NCBI GenBank assembly: GCA_030264375.1 | Contig: JASCQW010000122.1 | Span: 22,898,517 to 22,962,371, forward strand | From: Carcharhinus longimanus | Taxonomy: Eukaryota | Length of the DNA stretch: 63,855 bases | Reading direction: 5' to 3' | Part shown: positions 11,621 through 24,706 of the stretch, in pieces | Position numbering within the stretch: position 1 is the stretch's first letter | Layout: each line of letters opens with the position of its first letter | Made by a program: the position numbers and the translations under genes | Notes under the pieces: model-generated | Told to the model about the DNA's origin: nothing | The model's input: the letters and a program-made list of their open reading frames with translations, nothing else | The model's database searches: none

Positions 11621-13741
11621 TATGGTGATTGCCCCTTTCAGGCCAACACAGCAGAAGAGGCTGACCTAGTTTGAGGGACTATTTGAAACTGAGTGGGCAA
11701 TCACCCCAGGGACTGGAGTCTATCTTGGACAGAAGACAGTCTGAAGACATGTAGAAACATGTAGGGAGTGGGGCAGCTGGAGGAGGGGTGGGGCAAGGTG
11801 GGGTGCTGCCAGCCTCTGCGCAGCTTTTCCTGGTTAATAAATATCTTCTGTGTTCTTGATGAAATCTGTGAATGTGCATATTTACATTGGCGATGAGAAT
11901 GGTATGAATTATAAGAACACTGACTTTGGCCTGACATGTGAGAGTGTCCTGTTTTAATCAAAGTCTGAAGGAAAAATACTCATCCAAGTCCATGTTTTTG
12001 AGCAAATAGACCCTATGAAATGATGAGGGGCAGATGCAGAATGAACCTCTGGAATGGCCAGTACAATGAAGAATTCTAAAATATATAGTAAAGAAATGGA
12101 GAAAATGACCCTCTGAGGAAAGAGCTGTCCCTTTTGCATTTGACCAAAAATGAAACTTAAGAAAAGGCAGTTGTTGCTTTTTTTCTTTCATAAACTCTGC
12201 AAAGAGATCACAAAGCAGTGTTTTGGGTGAAAAGGGGAGAATGCCACAAGGAGCTGTAGGACTTGTCCCAGAAGTGTGGGAAAATGAAAATGCTGAGATT
12301 GTCAGGTTCCCGATCTGAATGGAGCTTATGGGGTGGGTGGAGGGGAGGTGGGGTGTGGTCTGAATAGCAGTCTCTACACTGAATGACTGTAAGCAATGAG
12401 GCTTCAAAGTTAGAGGACCTCCATCTTTTTTTAAAAGAAAATTAAAAAAAAGAAGCTTGAAATTGGCTCTTTGGATCAGGTCTCCAGTGAAATCAATAAA
12501 ATCAAGCACATCAAAAAGCAGAGGCTAAACTGACTCTTCAAATGGCCACAAGAAGTAAAAGCTGCACAAATCACAGAGAGCTTTCCATCGGTAAGGAGGA
12601 AAAATTTTGGAGGTTCGGAAAATTGACAAAAATGAAGTCGGGGGAAATTAATCAGACAATGGAAAATAAGCTGAATTCCATGAAAAAGCAATTAGAAAAT
12701 AAGAACAAGTCCAGTGAAGAATTGAATCAGGAAAATTAGAGCTTGAAGGAGGAATCTTGACAATGAGAAATTAACTGATGAGGTAAAAACATTGAATCAG
12801 CAATTCAGACAGAGAAAGGAACGGAGATTACACGGTATAACAAGATTGCTGAATTGGTCACGCATGTGAAAAAGCTGCAAGCCTGTACAGAAGAATTCCA
12901 TGCGAGACCATATTTGGAGCTGTATATAGTTAAAGCCTGCCAATAAAGGTGTTTATGTTTGGGCACACAAACCTCAAGACCTCATCAACAAGCTACCACC
13001 ACTGCAACAATAAAACAAAACCCATATTAAGCACATAAACAACATGGTGCCATCATATAAAACTTTGGTATCAGTTTAATGTAGATCTCTGGAATTACTG
13101 TCTCTGTGACCAGACTTTTGTGGTACCCTGTAGACATGGAGGGACAGATTGTTTGTAAACCTATGGATCACGTGGGGAGTAGACAGTCAGTGTTGCCATC
13201 AAGAAACGTTTTCAAACCTTTAAACACAAAGTACCTAACTGGCATGTCATAGACATAACTGATGTCTCCATAGAAGCAAGTAGTAATGGACTACCTGTGC
13301 CAGAAGAGGTACCTGTCATTGCAGTTCTTGTTAATGTTGATCTGGTTGAAGCACCTCAGACAACAGAATTACACAGTTCTACAAAAAAACCAAAACCCCC
13401 TCAAAGACTTAAATTATAATTGTCCAACTTTTTTAGTTAGAGTTTGGGCTTGAGTAACTTAGTTATTCAAGATTATATAAAGGGGTTAAAGGGGGAGGGA
13501 CATAGTGATTGTCCTTTTAAGGGCAACACAGTCGAAGGGAGTGACCTGACGAGGGACCAATGAAAGTGGGTAATCACCCCAGGAGGTGGAGTCCTATCTT
13601 GGGCAGAAGAGTCTGAAGACATGTAAAAGAATGTAGGGACTGGGACAGCCAGTGAGTTGATAGCCTCTGTTCAGTTTTTCCTTGTCAATAAATACCCTTT
13701 GTGTTCCTGACTGAGGTGATTCTGTGAGATGCATCATTACA
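11621..13741 (+). mobile_element. Non-autonomous Gypsy-derived LTR retrotransposon (about 2.1 kb; LTRs 11621-11886 and 13501-13741)
   Basis: Diverged direct repeats ending TTACA; PBS TGGCGATGAGAATGG at 11888-11902; PPT AAAGGGGGAGGGA at 13488-13500; integrase-tail-like KPKPPQRLKL* ending at 13419; no RT or RNase H motifs seen. Confidence 0.85.
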
Positions 13742-14103
13742 CTTGTATTCTGTAAATTTAAGGTCCAATTTTACTCCAGGAAGAAACTGAATGAGAAGTT
13801 TGTTCTGAGTTTTATTCCACTTCACTCATGCCAGGTGAGGAGACGATTCCAAATTTAGTTTGCACTTGCACAAAACCATATCATCATTGGAATGAAGCAA
13901 AACATGTGTTTTACTGACACTCAGTTGTAGTACAAATGCACTTTTAAAAGTAGCCAGGTGCTTGATGTTATACTTTAATAAATAGTCCTTGAGCCCTGGA
14001 TTCAGGATTTAAATCCAGTCAGAATGAACCTCCGCTGACTGGAAAGGGCCAATGTGAAATGAATTTGGTTACACTCATTTTAATTCCTGGTAGGAATGGA
14101 TCA

Positions 14104-14397
14104 TAAAGTAAAATTTATTTATTCGTCACAAGACGACCTACATTCACACTGCAATGAAGTTACTGTGAAAACCTCCTGGTCACCATATTCTGATCCCTAT
14201 TCGAGTACAGTGAGGGAGAATTTAGCAGGACCAGCACGTCTTTTGGACTGTGGGAGGAAACCAGAGCATCCGGAGAAACTCACGCAGACACAGGGAGAAC
14301 GTGCAGACTCCGCAGACAGTGACCCAAGCCGGGAATCAAACCTGGGTCCTTGATGTTGTGAGGTAGCAGTGCTAATCTCTGTGCCACCGTGCCGCCC
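14104..14397 (-). mobile_element. HE1-like SINE (tail type A)
   Basis: Head GGGCGGCACGGTGGCACAG on the minus strand; same tail as the 7042 copy. Confidence 0.87.
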
Positions 14398-14811
14398 ATG
14401 ATCATAGCCTGTTCACAAATCTGTAAAAATTGAAAATTTGACCAGAGATCAAAAGATGGGTGCTGTGAGCAAGAAAAACTTACATAGTTGTAGTTGGGCC
14501 AGATTTTGAAGGTGGGGATCAATGCAAGTTTAAAGGAGAGCTTTGTTTTCTATTTAATCCATACTGTAATCATTCCTATAGGACTTACATTAGCATTGCG
14601 TACCCAAAGAGGAATACTCTCCATTGCCATCTCATTGCAATACATACTAATACACTCAATATTCTGCACATCTGTGGGAACAGATATGCAAAAAAAATCT
14701 TAAGCATACACCTAACTTTATGATATTAAGTAGAGTTTACAATGAGTAAAAGCAGAAAATTCTGGAAATACTCAGATGGCCTGGTGCACCTGTGGGCTGT
14801 GAAACAGGATT

Positions 14812-16620
14812 AGGGAGAATTCCAAAATATTTATAATACGTTAAAGGGAAGAGGTTAACCAGGGAAAGAGTAGGGTCCATTAGAGATCAAGGGAGTGATT
14901 GGTGTGTGAAACCACAGGACATTGGAAGGGTGTTAAATGAATACTTCTCTTCAGTCTTCACTCAGGAAAAAGAGAATATAGGTCCAGAATTCAGGAAAAG
15001 GAAACTGTGCTAGTTCCTCACAGTCGAGTCAGGAACTGAAGAAATGTTGAACGCCTGACAGGCTTAAAAACAGACAAATCCCATGGCCCAGATGAATTGC
15101 ATCCCAGGCTGCTGTAGGAGATGAGGCGAGAAATTGTAGGGGCTCAGACACAAATTTTTAATTCCTCTCCAGTCACTGGAGAAGTGCCAAAAGACTGGAG
15201 GATGGCTAATGTCGTTCCATTTTTCAAGAAGTGTGGTAGAGATGAATCAGGAAATTACAGGCTGGTAAGTCTCATGTTAGCGGTAGAGAAACTATTGGAG
15301 AAAATTCTGAAGGAGAGAACTAATAACCACTTGGAAAAGCATGGGTTAATTAGAGATAGTCAGCATGGTTCTGTCAGAGGGAGGTCATGCCTATCAAATC
15401 TGGTAGAATTTTTTGAAAATGTGATGAAGTGTGTGGATGAGGAACTTCAGTTGATGTAGTTTACATGGATTTTAACAAAGCTTTTGACAAGGTCCCATAA
15501 GGAAACTGATTGAGAAGATTAAAGCACATAGAATTCAGGGAAACTTGGCGACATGGATTAGAAACCGGCTTAACAATAGGACACACAAGGTAGTGGCAAG
15601 AGGACGTTCAAGTGATTGCAGGCCAGTGTCTAGTCGTGTACCAAAAGGATCAATACTAGACTCTTATTGTTTGTTATATACGTAAATGATAGAGATGAAA
15701 ATTTGGGGGGAATGTTAAACAAGTTTGCAAACACCAAGATTGATAGGGTGATCAATAGTGAATGGGATGGTCATAGGTTACAGGAAGGTGTAGACGGGTT
15801 GGTCAGATGGGCAGAGCAGTGGCAGATGGCATTTAATCGTGATAAGTACAAAGTAATGCACTTTGGAAGAAGTATCAAGACAAGGAGTATTTAATGAATG
15901 GCAGGATACTGGGAACCTCAGAGGAACAGATGGAGCTTGGTGAATTTATTCCAGTGTCTGAAATCAGCAGAGCACATGAATAGGATAGTTAAGGAGGCAA
16001 ATTGGACACTGGCTTTTATCAGTCATGGCATAAAGTATAAGAGCAAGGAGGTAACGTTGGAGTTGTGCAGAGCGTTGGTTAGGTTACAGCTGTGTAGTAC
16101 TGTGCCATTCTGGTCACCTCACTATAGGAAGGATGTGAAAACACTGGAGGGGGTACAGGGAAGGTTCAGCAGGACGTTGCCTGGGATGGAACAATTGAAC
16201 TATAAGAGGAGACGAGATAGGCTTGGATTGTTTTCTTTAGAGCGGAGAAGGCTGAGGGGCAGGGACATGATTGAGCTGTATAAGATTATGAGGGATATGG
16301 ACAGGGTGAGTAGAGAGCATGGTTGAGGGGCCAATAATGAGGGATCAGGAGATTCAGAGAGGATCTGAGAGAAAAAGAATCACTCACCGAAGGTGGTGAA
16401 AAGGCGGAATACACTGCCTTGGAAGGTTGTGGAGGTGGGAAGACTTACAACTTGTAAAAAATAATTGGATGAGCATTTAAAATATCATAACATTCAAGGA
16501 TATGGGACAAGTGCTGGAAAATGGAATTCACACAGCTTTAGTGGTAGCTATTGTCAGTGCCGACTTGATGGGTCAAAGGGCCATTTATGCGTTGTATAAC
16601 TCTACAACTATGACTCTATG
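14812..16620 (+). mobile_element. CR1 (HER1-like) LINE, 5'-truncated, with decayed ORF2 RT
   Basis: ORF pieces VPKDWRMANVVPFFKK..NYRLVSL, DVVYMDFNKAFDKVP and LERRRLRG; tail CTATGACTCTATG. Confidence 0.93.
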
Positions 16621-16621
16621 C

Positions 16622-17107
16622 TTCAGCGTGATTTGGATAAGTTGAGTGAGTGGGCAGATGCAGTATAATGTGGATAAACGTGAGGGTATCCACTTTGGTG
16701 GCAAAAACAGAAAAGCAAATTATCAGAATAGCTATAGATTGAGAAACGGGCATGTGCAATAAGACCTGGGTGTCCTTGTACACCAGTTGCTAAAAGTAAG
16801 TATGCAGGTACAGAAGGCATGATATATTAGCCTTCATAGTGAGTACAGTTGCAGGGATGTATTGTGGCTGTACAGAGCCTTGGTGAGGGCACACCTGGAA
16901 CAATATCAAAAGGATGTTGTTGCTATTGAGGGAATGCAGCAAAGGTTTATTGGACTGATTCCTGGGATGGCAGGTCTGACATATGGAGGAGATATTGAGT
17001 CAATTAGAATTATATTCACTGCAATTTAAAGAATGAGGGGGAATCTCAAAGAAACTTATAAAATTCTAACAGGACTACACAGGGTAGATGCAGGAAGGAT
17101 GGTCGTG
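16622..17107 (+). mobile_element. CR1 LINE fragment (second subfamily)
   Basis: QRDLDKLSEWA-like start and RMRGNLKETYKILTGLHRVDAGRM. Confidence 0.85.
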
Positions 17108-17207
17108 NNNNNNNNNNNNNNNNNNNNNNNNNNNNNNNNNNNNNNNNNNNNNNNNNNNNNNNNNNNNNNNNNNNNNNNNNNNNNNNNNNNNNNNNNNNNN
17201 NNNNNNN

Positions 17208-17410
17208 CCTGCTATCCTTTCTAAGTGGGAAGAATCTCTCTACCTCTACCCTATCCATCCCCTTCATTATCTTATACGTCTCTACAAGATCCCCCCTCAG
17301 CCTTCTAAACTCCAACGAGTACAGACCCAGTGTATTCAATCTCTCCTCATAGGCTAACCCCCTCATCTCTGGGATCAGCCTAGTGAACCTTCTCTGCACT
17401 CCCTGAAGAA
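17208..17410 (-). mobile_element. CR1 LINE fragment, relatively intact
   Basis: GVQRRFTRLIPEMRGLAYEERLNTLGLYSLEFRRLRGDLVETYKIMKGMDRV. Confidence 0.9.
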
Positions 17411-17877
17411 ACGCCTCTGAATTTATCATTCAAACCACAAGTGTGGCCTATCCCATCCAGGGACCCATTTTTGGCGTTGGAACCGGATGCTTTAATGACC
17501 TGCTATGTTGTCAGAGAGAAGAAGGCCTCCATTCAGAGAGTGTCCCCTGCATGGGGAGGGGGATTTGCTCCACCTCATTCTCAAAATCAACTTGATTGGG
17601 TCAGTTATCAGCTAAGTTGGCTGGTGTTTACATAAAGCTAAACCTGGCCTCAACAGGAGCAAATCCCCACTTCCTTCCCTCCATGATGGAAGCAAAGTAG
17701 AACAATGCCATGTGATTTTAGTTCCTTTCTATCAAAACAAACTTATTTGAATTCAAATCAAATTTTCTTTTTCGAGACCAAGTGAGAATGTGAAGACACG
17801 GCTACACAAAAGGTCACGCGACAAGAATCTAAGATTTATCCTCGAGTGTGTGAGCAGATAACAAGTGTTAGAATGAT

Positions 17878-17996
17878 AGGCTGGAATTTTACTGCCCCAA
17901 TTATGGGGGCAGGCGAGGCTCGGAGAACAGCATCCTCCATTGACTTTGGTTGGAATGGTACAAACCTCGGGCTGACATGCCAGTACAATTTTGCCC
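17878..17996. mobile_element. Short MITE-like element
   Basis: GGCTGGAATTTTACTG ... CAGTACAATTTTGCCC imperfect terminal inverted repeats. Confidence 0.45.
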
Positions 17997-18074
17997 ATAG
18001 AGATACACAGCTGAAGAAGAAACCCTTCGGCCCATCATGTCTGTGCCGGTCAAAGCCAAACCACCTAACTATTC

Positions 18075-18448
18075 AGAGAGAGGAAGAATCTCTCTAGGGT
18101 AGAGGTAGAGAGATTCTTCCAGCTCAGAAAGGATAGCAGGACTAGAGGACACAGCTTCAAGATAAGGGGGAGGGGGGCAGTTTAGATCAGAGTTGAGGAG
18201 GAACTTCTTCACTCAAAGGGTGGTGAATCTCTGGAATTCTCTGCCCGTTGAAGTGGTGGAGGCTACCTCGTTAAATATATTTAAGTCACGGGTAGATAGA
18301 TTTCTGATAGACAAGGGAATTAAGGGTTATGGGGAGAAAGCAGGAAATGGAACTGATCCAGTTCAGATCAGCCATGATCTTATTGAATGGCAGGGCAGGC
18401 TCGAGGGGCTAGGTGGCCTACTCCTGTTCCTATTTCTTATGTTCTGTT
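18075..18448 (+). mobile_element. CR1 LINE 3' end with a short 5' inversion
   Basis: RRNFFTQRVVNLWNSLP peptide; tail CCTATTTCTTATGTTC; GAAGAATCTCTCTA inverted against TAGAGAGATTCTTC at the 5' junction. Confidence 0.88.
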
Positions 18449-18544
18449 CCTTTTTCTATGTTTTTAAGTTTGACGATTTCCTTAAAATCACAAATTTTAT
18501 AAATTGTTTCAAGACTTTGAAGGGAGCCCATTGAAACCCAATAA

Positions 18545-21500
18545 ATGCAGGAGGAGGAGAAAAGCAATCATTATTGGGGCACTATCTTAGAAGAAAATTT
18601 TAATATTGTACTCCTGCTATAGCAAATAAAAACTACCAGATGAATTTAGACTGAAACAAGGGCCAAACCAGAAGCAGAATTGGACGTTCCAGAGGTTAGA
18701 ATTTTTAGATTAAAGGAATACATTTGGATTAAGTAAAAAAAAAAATCATGTGACGTTTTTATACATCTTCAGTAAATTTGCTGGTGGAAGTAAACCTAAT
18801 GGAAGGCATTCATGAATCCTCTGCCAGCTTTGATGAGATATTAAAAGCCTTTGATAAATATTTTAACCTTCAAGTGGTGGAGTGCAGAGCTCAAAAAGAC
18901 ATAGAACTTTACATAGTAAAGCAACAAGAGTAAAAGGCAGTACCCAAGCAAACCATACATTATTGACAGACCATGTCAGCACAATGAGGTGCATAAGCTG
19001 AAATAGTACGAGGAAAGAGGAGCCTGGGGACCAGCTAGAAGGCTTAAATATTAACCTTTTTGAAAAGGCCAAAGCAGTATCTAAACCACAAGAGCAGGTA
19101 GCGGTGCTGAGACAGTTGACTCTGACTGCAGGGAAAGTCGTCGATTGTTCTAAGCAGATTTCACTGGAGACAGAACTGGAACACCAAAATTAAGGACAAA
19201 GCTCTGCTGCAGGTGGAGATCTAAAAGGCAATGTTCATATCAACGCTGAATTGAAAAACTTGAAACATGAGATTCCAGAAAAATGTGTACCTTTGAAGGT
19301 TTTAGCGTTGTGCTTTTCAACAAACCAAACTGTTCAAGATCTGAACAAATAAATTTCAGAGGTGTCACAATGGTACAAGTAGGCTTTTAAAGAAACAATA
19401 AAGGTTGAATGTTGTGACAAGTGAAAATCTGAATCATGAGCAGAATTAGGACATATTTCCAGAAAATCACAAGGAGAAAATAACAACTCTGAACTCTATT
19501 GTTGGCAAATCAAAGATGGAGTTGGAAAAAGGCAACCAAAAGTACTGCTAGGCACAACAGCATGCAGAAATTGTACCCAGAGCTTGCTGCTTTGAAAGAC
19601 TCTGAATGATCTATACATGCCCTGGAGAAATGAGTTAAAAAAACAAGATGTTGGGGGTGATCAGTCTGCAGGATTGGTGGTGGGGCTCTCAAGATCCGGT
19701 GAAACCTGGAAACCGTGGATCTAGCCAGCAAGATCATGATCGCCAATTTTCCTGCCATTATGAGTGTGGAATTGATTACAATACATTTACATACATTTCA
19801 ATATTATTAGACCTCGGCAATGTGACGTCACGTCAATGGGGTTTAAACCAGGTTCACCCCAAGAAGAACCTGTATTGGGGGATTGCCCCCCTGGAGTCAT
19901 AAAGTGAGTACAGCTCCTGGAGGAAGGACATGGCAAAGCAGTGACCTTGCACTGCTCCTGACATTGCCAGGTGCCAACATGTGCCAGGGCAATGCCATGG
20001 GCAGACCCTAGTGGGAACTTCATGGGGAGGGTGACTCCCTATTTCTGGCTATGGAGGGGGATCTCCAGTGTTGATCATGAAGGAGGATACTGGCTTCCAA
20101 TTCTGGGAGGCTGGTGGGGGTACAGCGGGAAGCCTGTGAGAGCTCCATGGTGGGGTGAGTCAGATTCATTTTTCCTCTGATCGGGGCAACCTAATCCCCG
20201 TGGAACCGACTTTGCACAGAATTTAAGCCCTTCCCCTCAGCATGATGGTTGGAAACATGCCCCCCTTTTTTTGAACAAGTGCCATAAGATCAGGAGAGAA
20301 AAACTGACCTATTCACGCTGGTTTTCAGTTAGACCCTGACATTGATATTGTATTTGTAAGATTCTACCTGTTGAGTAGCATTTCACTAAAAGCTGCCTCG
20401 GAATTATCAGTAGCAACAAAGCAATATACTGGAACACAGAGTGAGATGACAAGAACTGAATAAGAAAACAGTTGAAAGAATAGTGGAATATCTTTTAAAA
20501 ATAAATACAAATTGAGTGCAGGACTCTTTAGTAGCATCAAGAAATGAAGACTCTGTTCAATGGCAGAATGGAGGAAAAGCAGAACAATATTGAGGAGACT
20601 CTGTTAAATAACAAGGAAATTCAAGGGGGAAACAATGGAACTTCACAATGGGGAAACCCATTGGCTGAGCGCAACATGCTCCAAGAATCCCTCAGGTTAC
20701 AGTCCACTCCTCTGGAAAATTAAAAAAAGTGACGTGAATTTAATGTCACTCTGAAAGAAGTGAAGAACTACTTGTCTGACAAGACTCAGCAACATTTGAC
20801 ATTCAAGGAGGAAAACGTCAGGCTGTTATCAGACATTGAAAGGATAAATGCAGATGTTGACCATTCCCGTTGAAAAGTTTGAGACAATGAAATCATCATG
20901 AAGAAATGTGCCTCAGAACTGCAGAGGCAAAGGAGAATTCCTGTGTAGAATGTAAAAAACTTGCCACTCTAGTTCAATAGTTAAAAAAGAGATCTGTTGC
21001 CACTTCTACAGCAGTTCCAGTTGAAAGTCATATTCTAAACGAATCAGATATCCAGGTGAGGTTGTTAAGCTCAATGATTCTAAAGGTGACTGAAACAAAA
21101 GAAAGCAACTCACCAGAGCAGTTTATTGAAAAGTAATTGGACAAATATTTGAGAGCAATTGTAAAAAAATTGCAAACAAAGGTTCTATTTTGAAAACATC
21201 ATCTTCCAGCAAGGTCAGGGCAGATCCAAAGAAGACAGAATACTCAAGTCCACTCTATGAATGAGCGTCCCCTCTGGATGGGGGAGGATAAACCCATACG
21301 CTCCAACCAAAGCAGACTGAGACTACCACTCCTCCAAACATGACAAGAGTGAGACCTGAAGGAGTAGTGAAGCCTCCAGACCACCTGAATTTATAAAATC
21401 TAAGATTTGGGATTGCTGAGGTTTGTTTGGGGGGGGGGGGGGGGGGGGGGGGGGGTTTTTTTGGTGAAGGGAGAGGGGAAAGGATAGCATGGAAAGATAA

Positions 21501-21737
21501 TATTGTAAATCTATTCAGGTAAAGATTTGGGCAAGGGTGTAGTATAAAGGGGGTTTTGTATAGCAAGGGTTAATGTCGGACTGGGAAAACAGTACCACTC
21601 AGTATGAAGTAGAGTCATACTGAGTAGAGTAGCAGTCTATCAGAAGCCAACATGGAGGTAGTACTTAAACACTCAATATTCAACCAAATCAGCCTCCTGA
21701 ACATTTTGCGAGACCCACTGAACAAACCCTTACAACA
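18545..21737 (+). mobile_element. Second decayed pol-less Gypsy-derived LTR element (gag remnant, coiled-coil-like region, 3' tail, PPT, probable 3' LTR at about 21557-21737)
   Basis: Gag-like ASFDEILKAFDKYFNL at about 18823-18870; terminal GVVKPPDHLNL* ending at 21396; PPT AAAGGGGG then TGTA...ACAACA; 5' LTR not clearly seen. Confidence 0.6.
19655..20350. mobile_element. Probable non-autonomous DNA element nested in the LTR element
   Basis: GC-richer block interrupting the purine-rich internal region and ending GTAAGATTCTACC, similar to the MITE-like ends; boundaries approximate. Confidence 0.35.
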
Positions 21738-24594
21738 CCTCTTTGGCTGTAAAATGTTTTGAAATTTCTTGAAATTGTGAGAAGAGTTATATAAATGCAA
21801 GACTTTATTTCCCCTACATAAAGCACAATTATATGCTCCAAACGGAAGAAGAACGGCAGGGATTCAAACAAAATGCTCACACTGGTCTTCCAAACAACTT
21901 TGTAAAAGCAGCCCCACACGGATCTGGAGGGCCACCTAATATAATTACTGACCATTATGTTAAAAATCCTGCAATAAGCACCCACAGGAATTATATCCGC
22001 AGTAACATTAATACATTTACAATTGATATCAACCAGATGGGCAATTCCAGTCATTAAACCAGCCTGTTATCCAGACCCCTCAAGTCTCCAACCAAAGCAA
22101 CTCAGCAGTCTGTAAATAATGTCAATGGATATATTTTCATATCTTTGAGCCTCCACTGTTTCTTTCTAAATCAGATTTCTTAGTAAACCCTTATGGCTTG
22201 TTCTTATTACATTGACTGGCCTCTTGTCTGAGCTAAGTGACATGTTTTATAGGATTAACTTCATCGTGATAACACACACTTAAACAATGTTACTTGAGAA
22301 GTTAATTGTAAGATTAGGTCTTTTCAAAACCACTCACTGTGCAAAAGCAACTATTAAAATTTTTCAACAATTTCACAATTGCAATTTGAAAGTATGTCAA
22401 AAACCCTGTTGTCACAAGAATAATGTGTTCCATCAAAGCTACAAACAGGACTGGGCAATGATGAACAACAGCAAACAATATTGATCAAAACCTTTGAATC
22501 AAACTTGTAATATCAATGACCAAATATACCAACTCAAGTTAACAAATACTAACAACCCAGTGAGCTTTTTGCAAACGTTTAAGTAGATTACAATGGGCCA
22601 GTGTACTATACCGACCTGTAAAAGATTAGCAATTGCATCCTGATGATATCATTTTGCATCCACAACCACCAAATATATTTTGGTGAAAATATACTGTGAT
22701 AAACTAAAGCACATTCAGCATTTGAACTGGAGCCAGATTTTAAATCAGTTAAGATGCTGCATCTATCCAACCATAATCTTCTTTGCATGATTTCTATATT
22801 TGGACATTGAGCTGTGCAATAAATCGAGTATTTTATTAGGGGTGGAGCCATGCCAAATTTAATAAGATGCAAGCTTTTAAAACAACTTTAATTAGGAATA
22901 CACTTGAGGTTTTGGATCGTAAAATACAAACAGATCACAGAACAGAGTTCTATAAGAGCTTTCTCGGAATAATTACTGTTTTGTTTGCTACTTGGAAATA
23001 TGTCTACTTTTGAGTCAGATGTTGCCTGCAAGGGGACTGGCATGGTCAGTGGGGAAATTTTGGAAAGTTACAAGTTTCTCAGCAAGACAGGAACATGGCT
23101 AGTACAGGAAGACACAGTTGCACAGCAAGCAACCTGCAAAAAACTCACTCCAATAGGAGAATTGTAGTATTTTAAAAATGAATCATCCTTCACATTTACA
23201 AGCTAACGTTTCATGCTGGAGTTTCACACAAGTAGTGATAAGACTATAGAGTGCATCACATCCTAGCCCAATCATTACATATGCATATTCCTGGGTAGCA
23301 TTCAAGAGCAAGAACTCTGGTTTAAGGAGAAGAGGTGAGTCCAAGTATCAAAGCCAACATTCTTTAGAAAAGATACTACCTACTGACAGGAGGAAGATTG
23401 TTCTTGTTCTGTTTCTCATTGTAAAAAGCTAAAGAACTGTGTCATGGGTATATTGGTGATGTAATTGGGGTCACCAAATATTACACTTCCAAAACTCAGT
23501 GCAACTTTCATTTTGATCATGCTATCTAGCATGGATACCAAACTGGGGTCAAAAATTTTATCACAGAGATCCAAAACACAAACTCACAACGAGCTTAATC
23601 ATTTGNNNNNNNNNNNNNNNNNNNNNNNNNNNNNNNNNNNNNNNTCCATTGTTGTCACTAATATATCTGACTGAATCAAGGTGCTGAAAACCACCCAGTT
23701 CGACCAGTGTGAGGAATTTATATCCAGTTGAGATGATGTTTCAGAATACATCACATTGTGAATGCATTTATCAAAGCATAACCGTTGCGATCACGCATGT
23801 ACTGTAAGACTTTTCAAAGGATACAGCTGGTTGACTTTTCAAAATCTGATTATGTGGATTCAGAATCAGAAATATGGTAGGAATCATATCTGGTCTATGT
23901 CCACAGTTCAAAGCATTATTCACATCTCTCTATTTGTAATGGAGAACCGTCAGTTTAAAAAAAATCAAGTTTTTGCACAGGCTTTTGTCAGATGTAAAGT
24001 TTCTTAAACGTTAGTTCAATTTTTGTACCTTTGGAACTGGGTTTTTTGATATTGTTACTGAAATAATAGGAGCAGTACAGCAGAAGACAAATATTGCAGT
24101 TCAAGCAACTCTTTGCTATCCTTTACCTTCCAAGTGATTTTGCACTGGGGAGAAAAATGTTCAAAGCCACTCTGTTGCCAAAATTGTGTAAGCACTATTG
24201 ACAAGCACCGATGTGTGTGGCTGGACTAAATCAGACGTATTTAGAATCCTGTGTTTATATGTTTACGTGACTGAAGAAAGCTTTGAACTTCTTCAAGGAT
24301 AATCAGACTTGATCATGGAATCAGAGAATTTTACAGAAAGGATGCTGTTTGGCCTATCAAGCAAGTGCAATTTTGTCTCTTAACCATTCCCCACAGTCTT
24401 CTAATGTTTTTTTCCCTCAAATATTCATTCATCTCCCTCGTAATAATGATCATTGCGGTCCTGGAAGAGACTGTACCCCCAACAAATCTGCACGAAAGAA
24501 ATTTCCTCACCTCTGCCTTTGAGGCATTATTTTATTATGCGCCCTCGAATTACAAACAGGCACACCAGTGTGCTTTTCCCCATTTATCGCATCA

Positions 24595-24706
24595 AAATTT
24601 GAAGTATTATTGTCACATGTATTAACATATAGTGAAAAGTATCATTTCTTGCGCTATAAAGACAAAGCATACTGTTCACAGAGAAGGAAATGAGAGAGTT
24701 CAGAAT
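24595..24706 (-). mobile_element. Rex1/Babar-like 3'UTR fragment
   Basis: Reverse complement of window positions about 290-396. Confidence 0.8.

Noticed and set aside
21429-21455. Poly-G run and the poly-Pro ORF 21255..21566; also a G-rich tract near 3992-4027
   Set aside because: Low-complexity sequence with unreliable length in a draft assembly and no evidence of function
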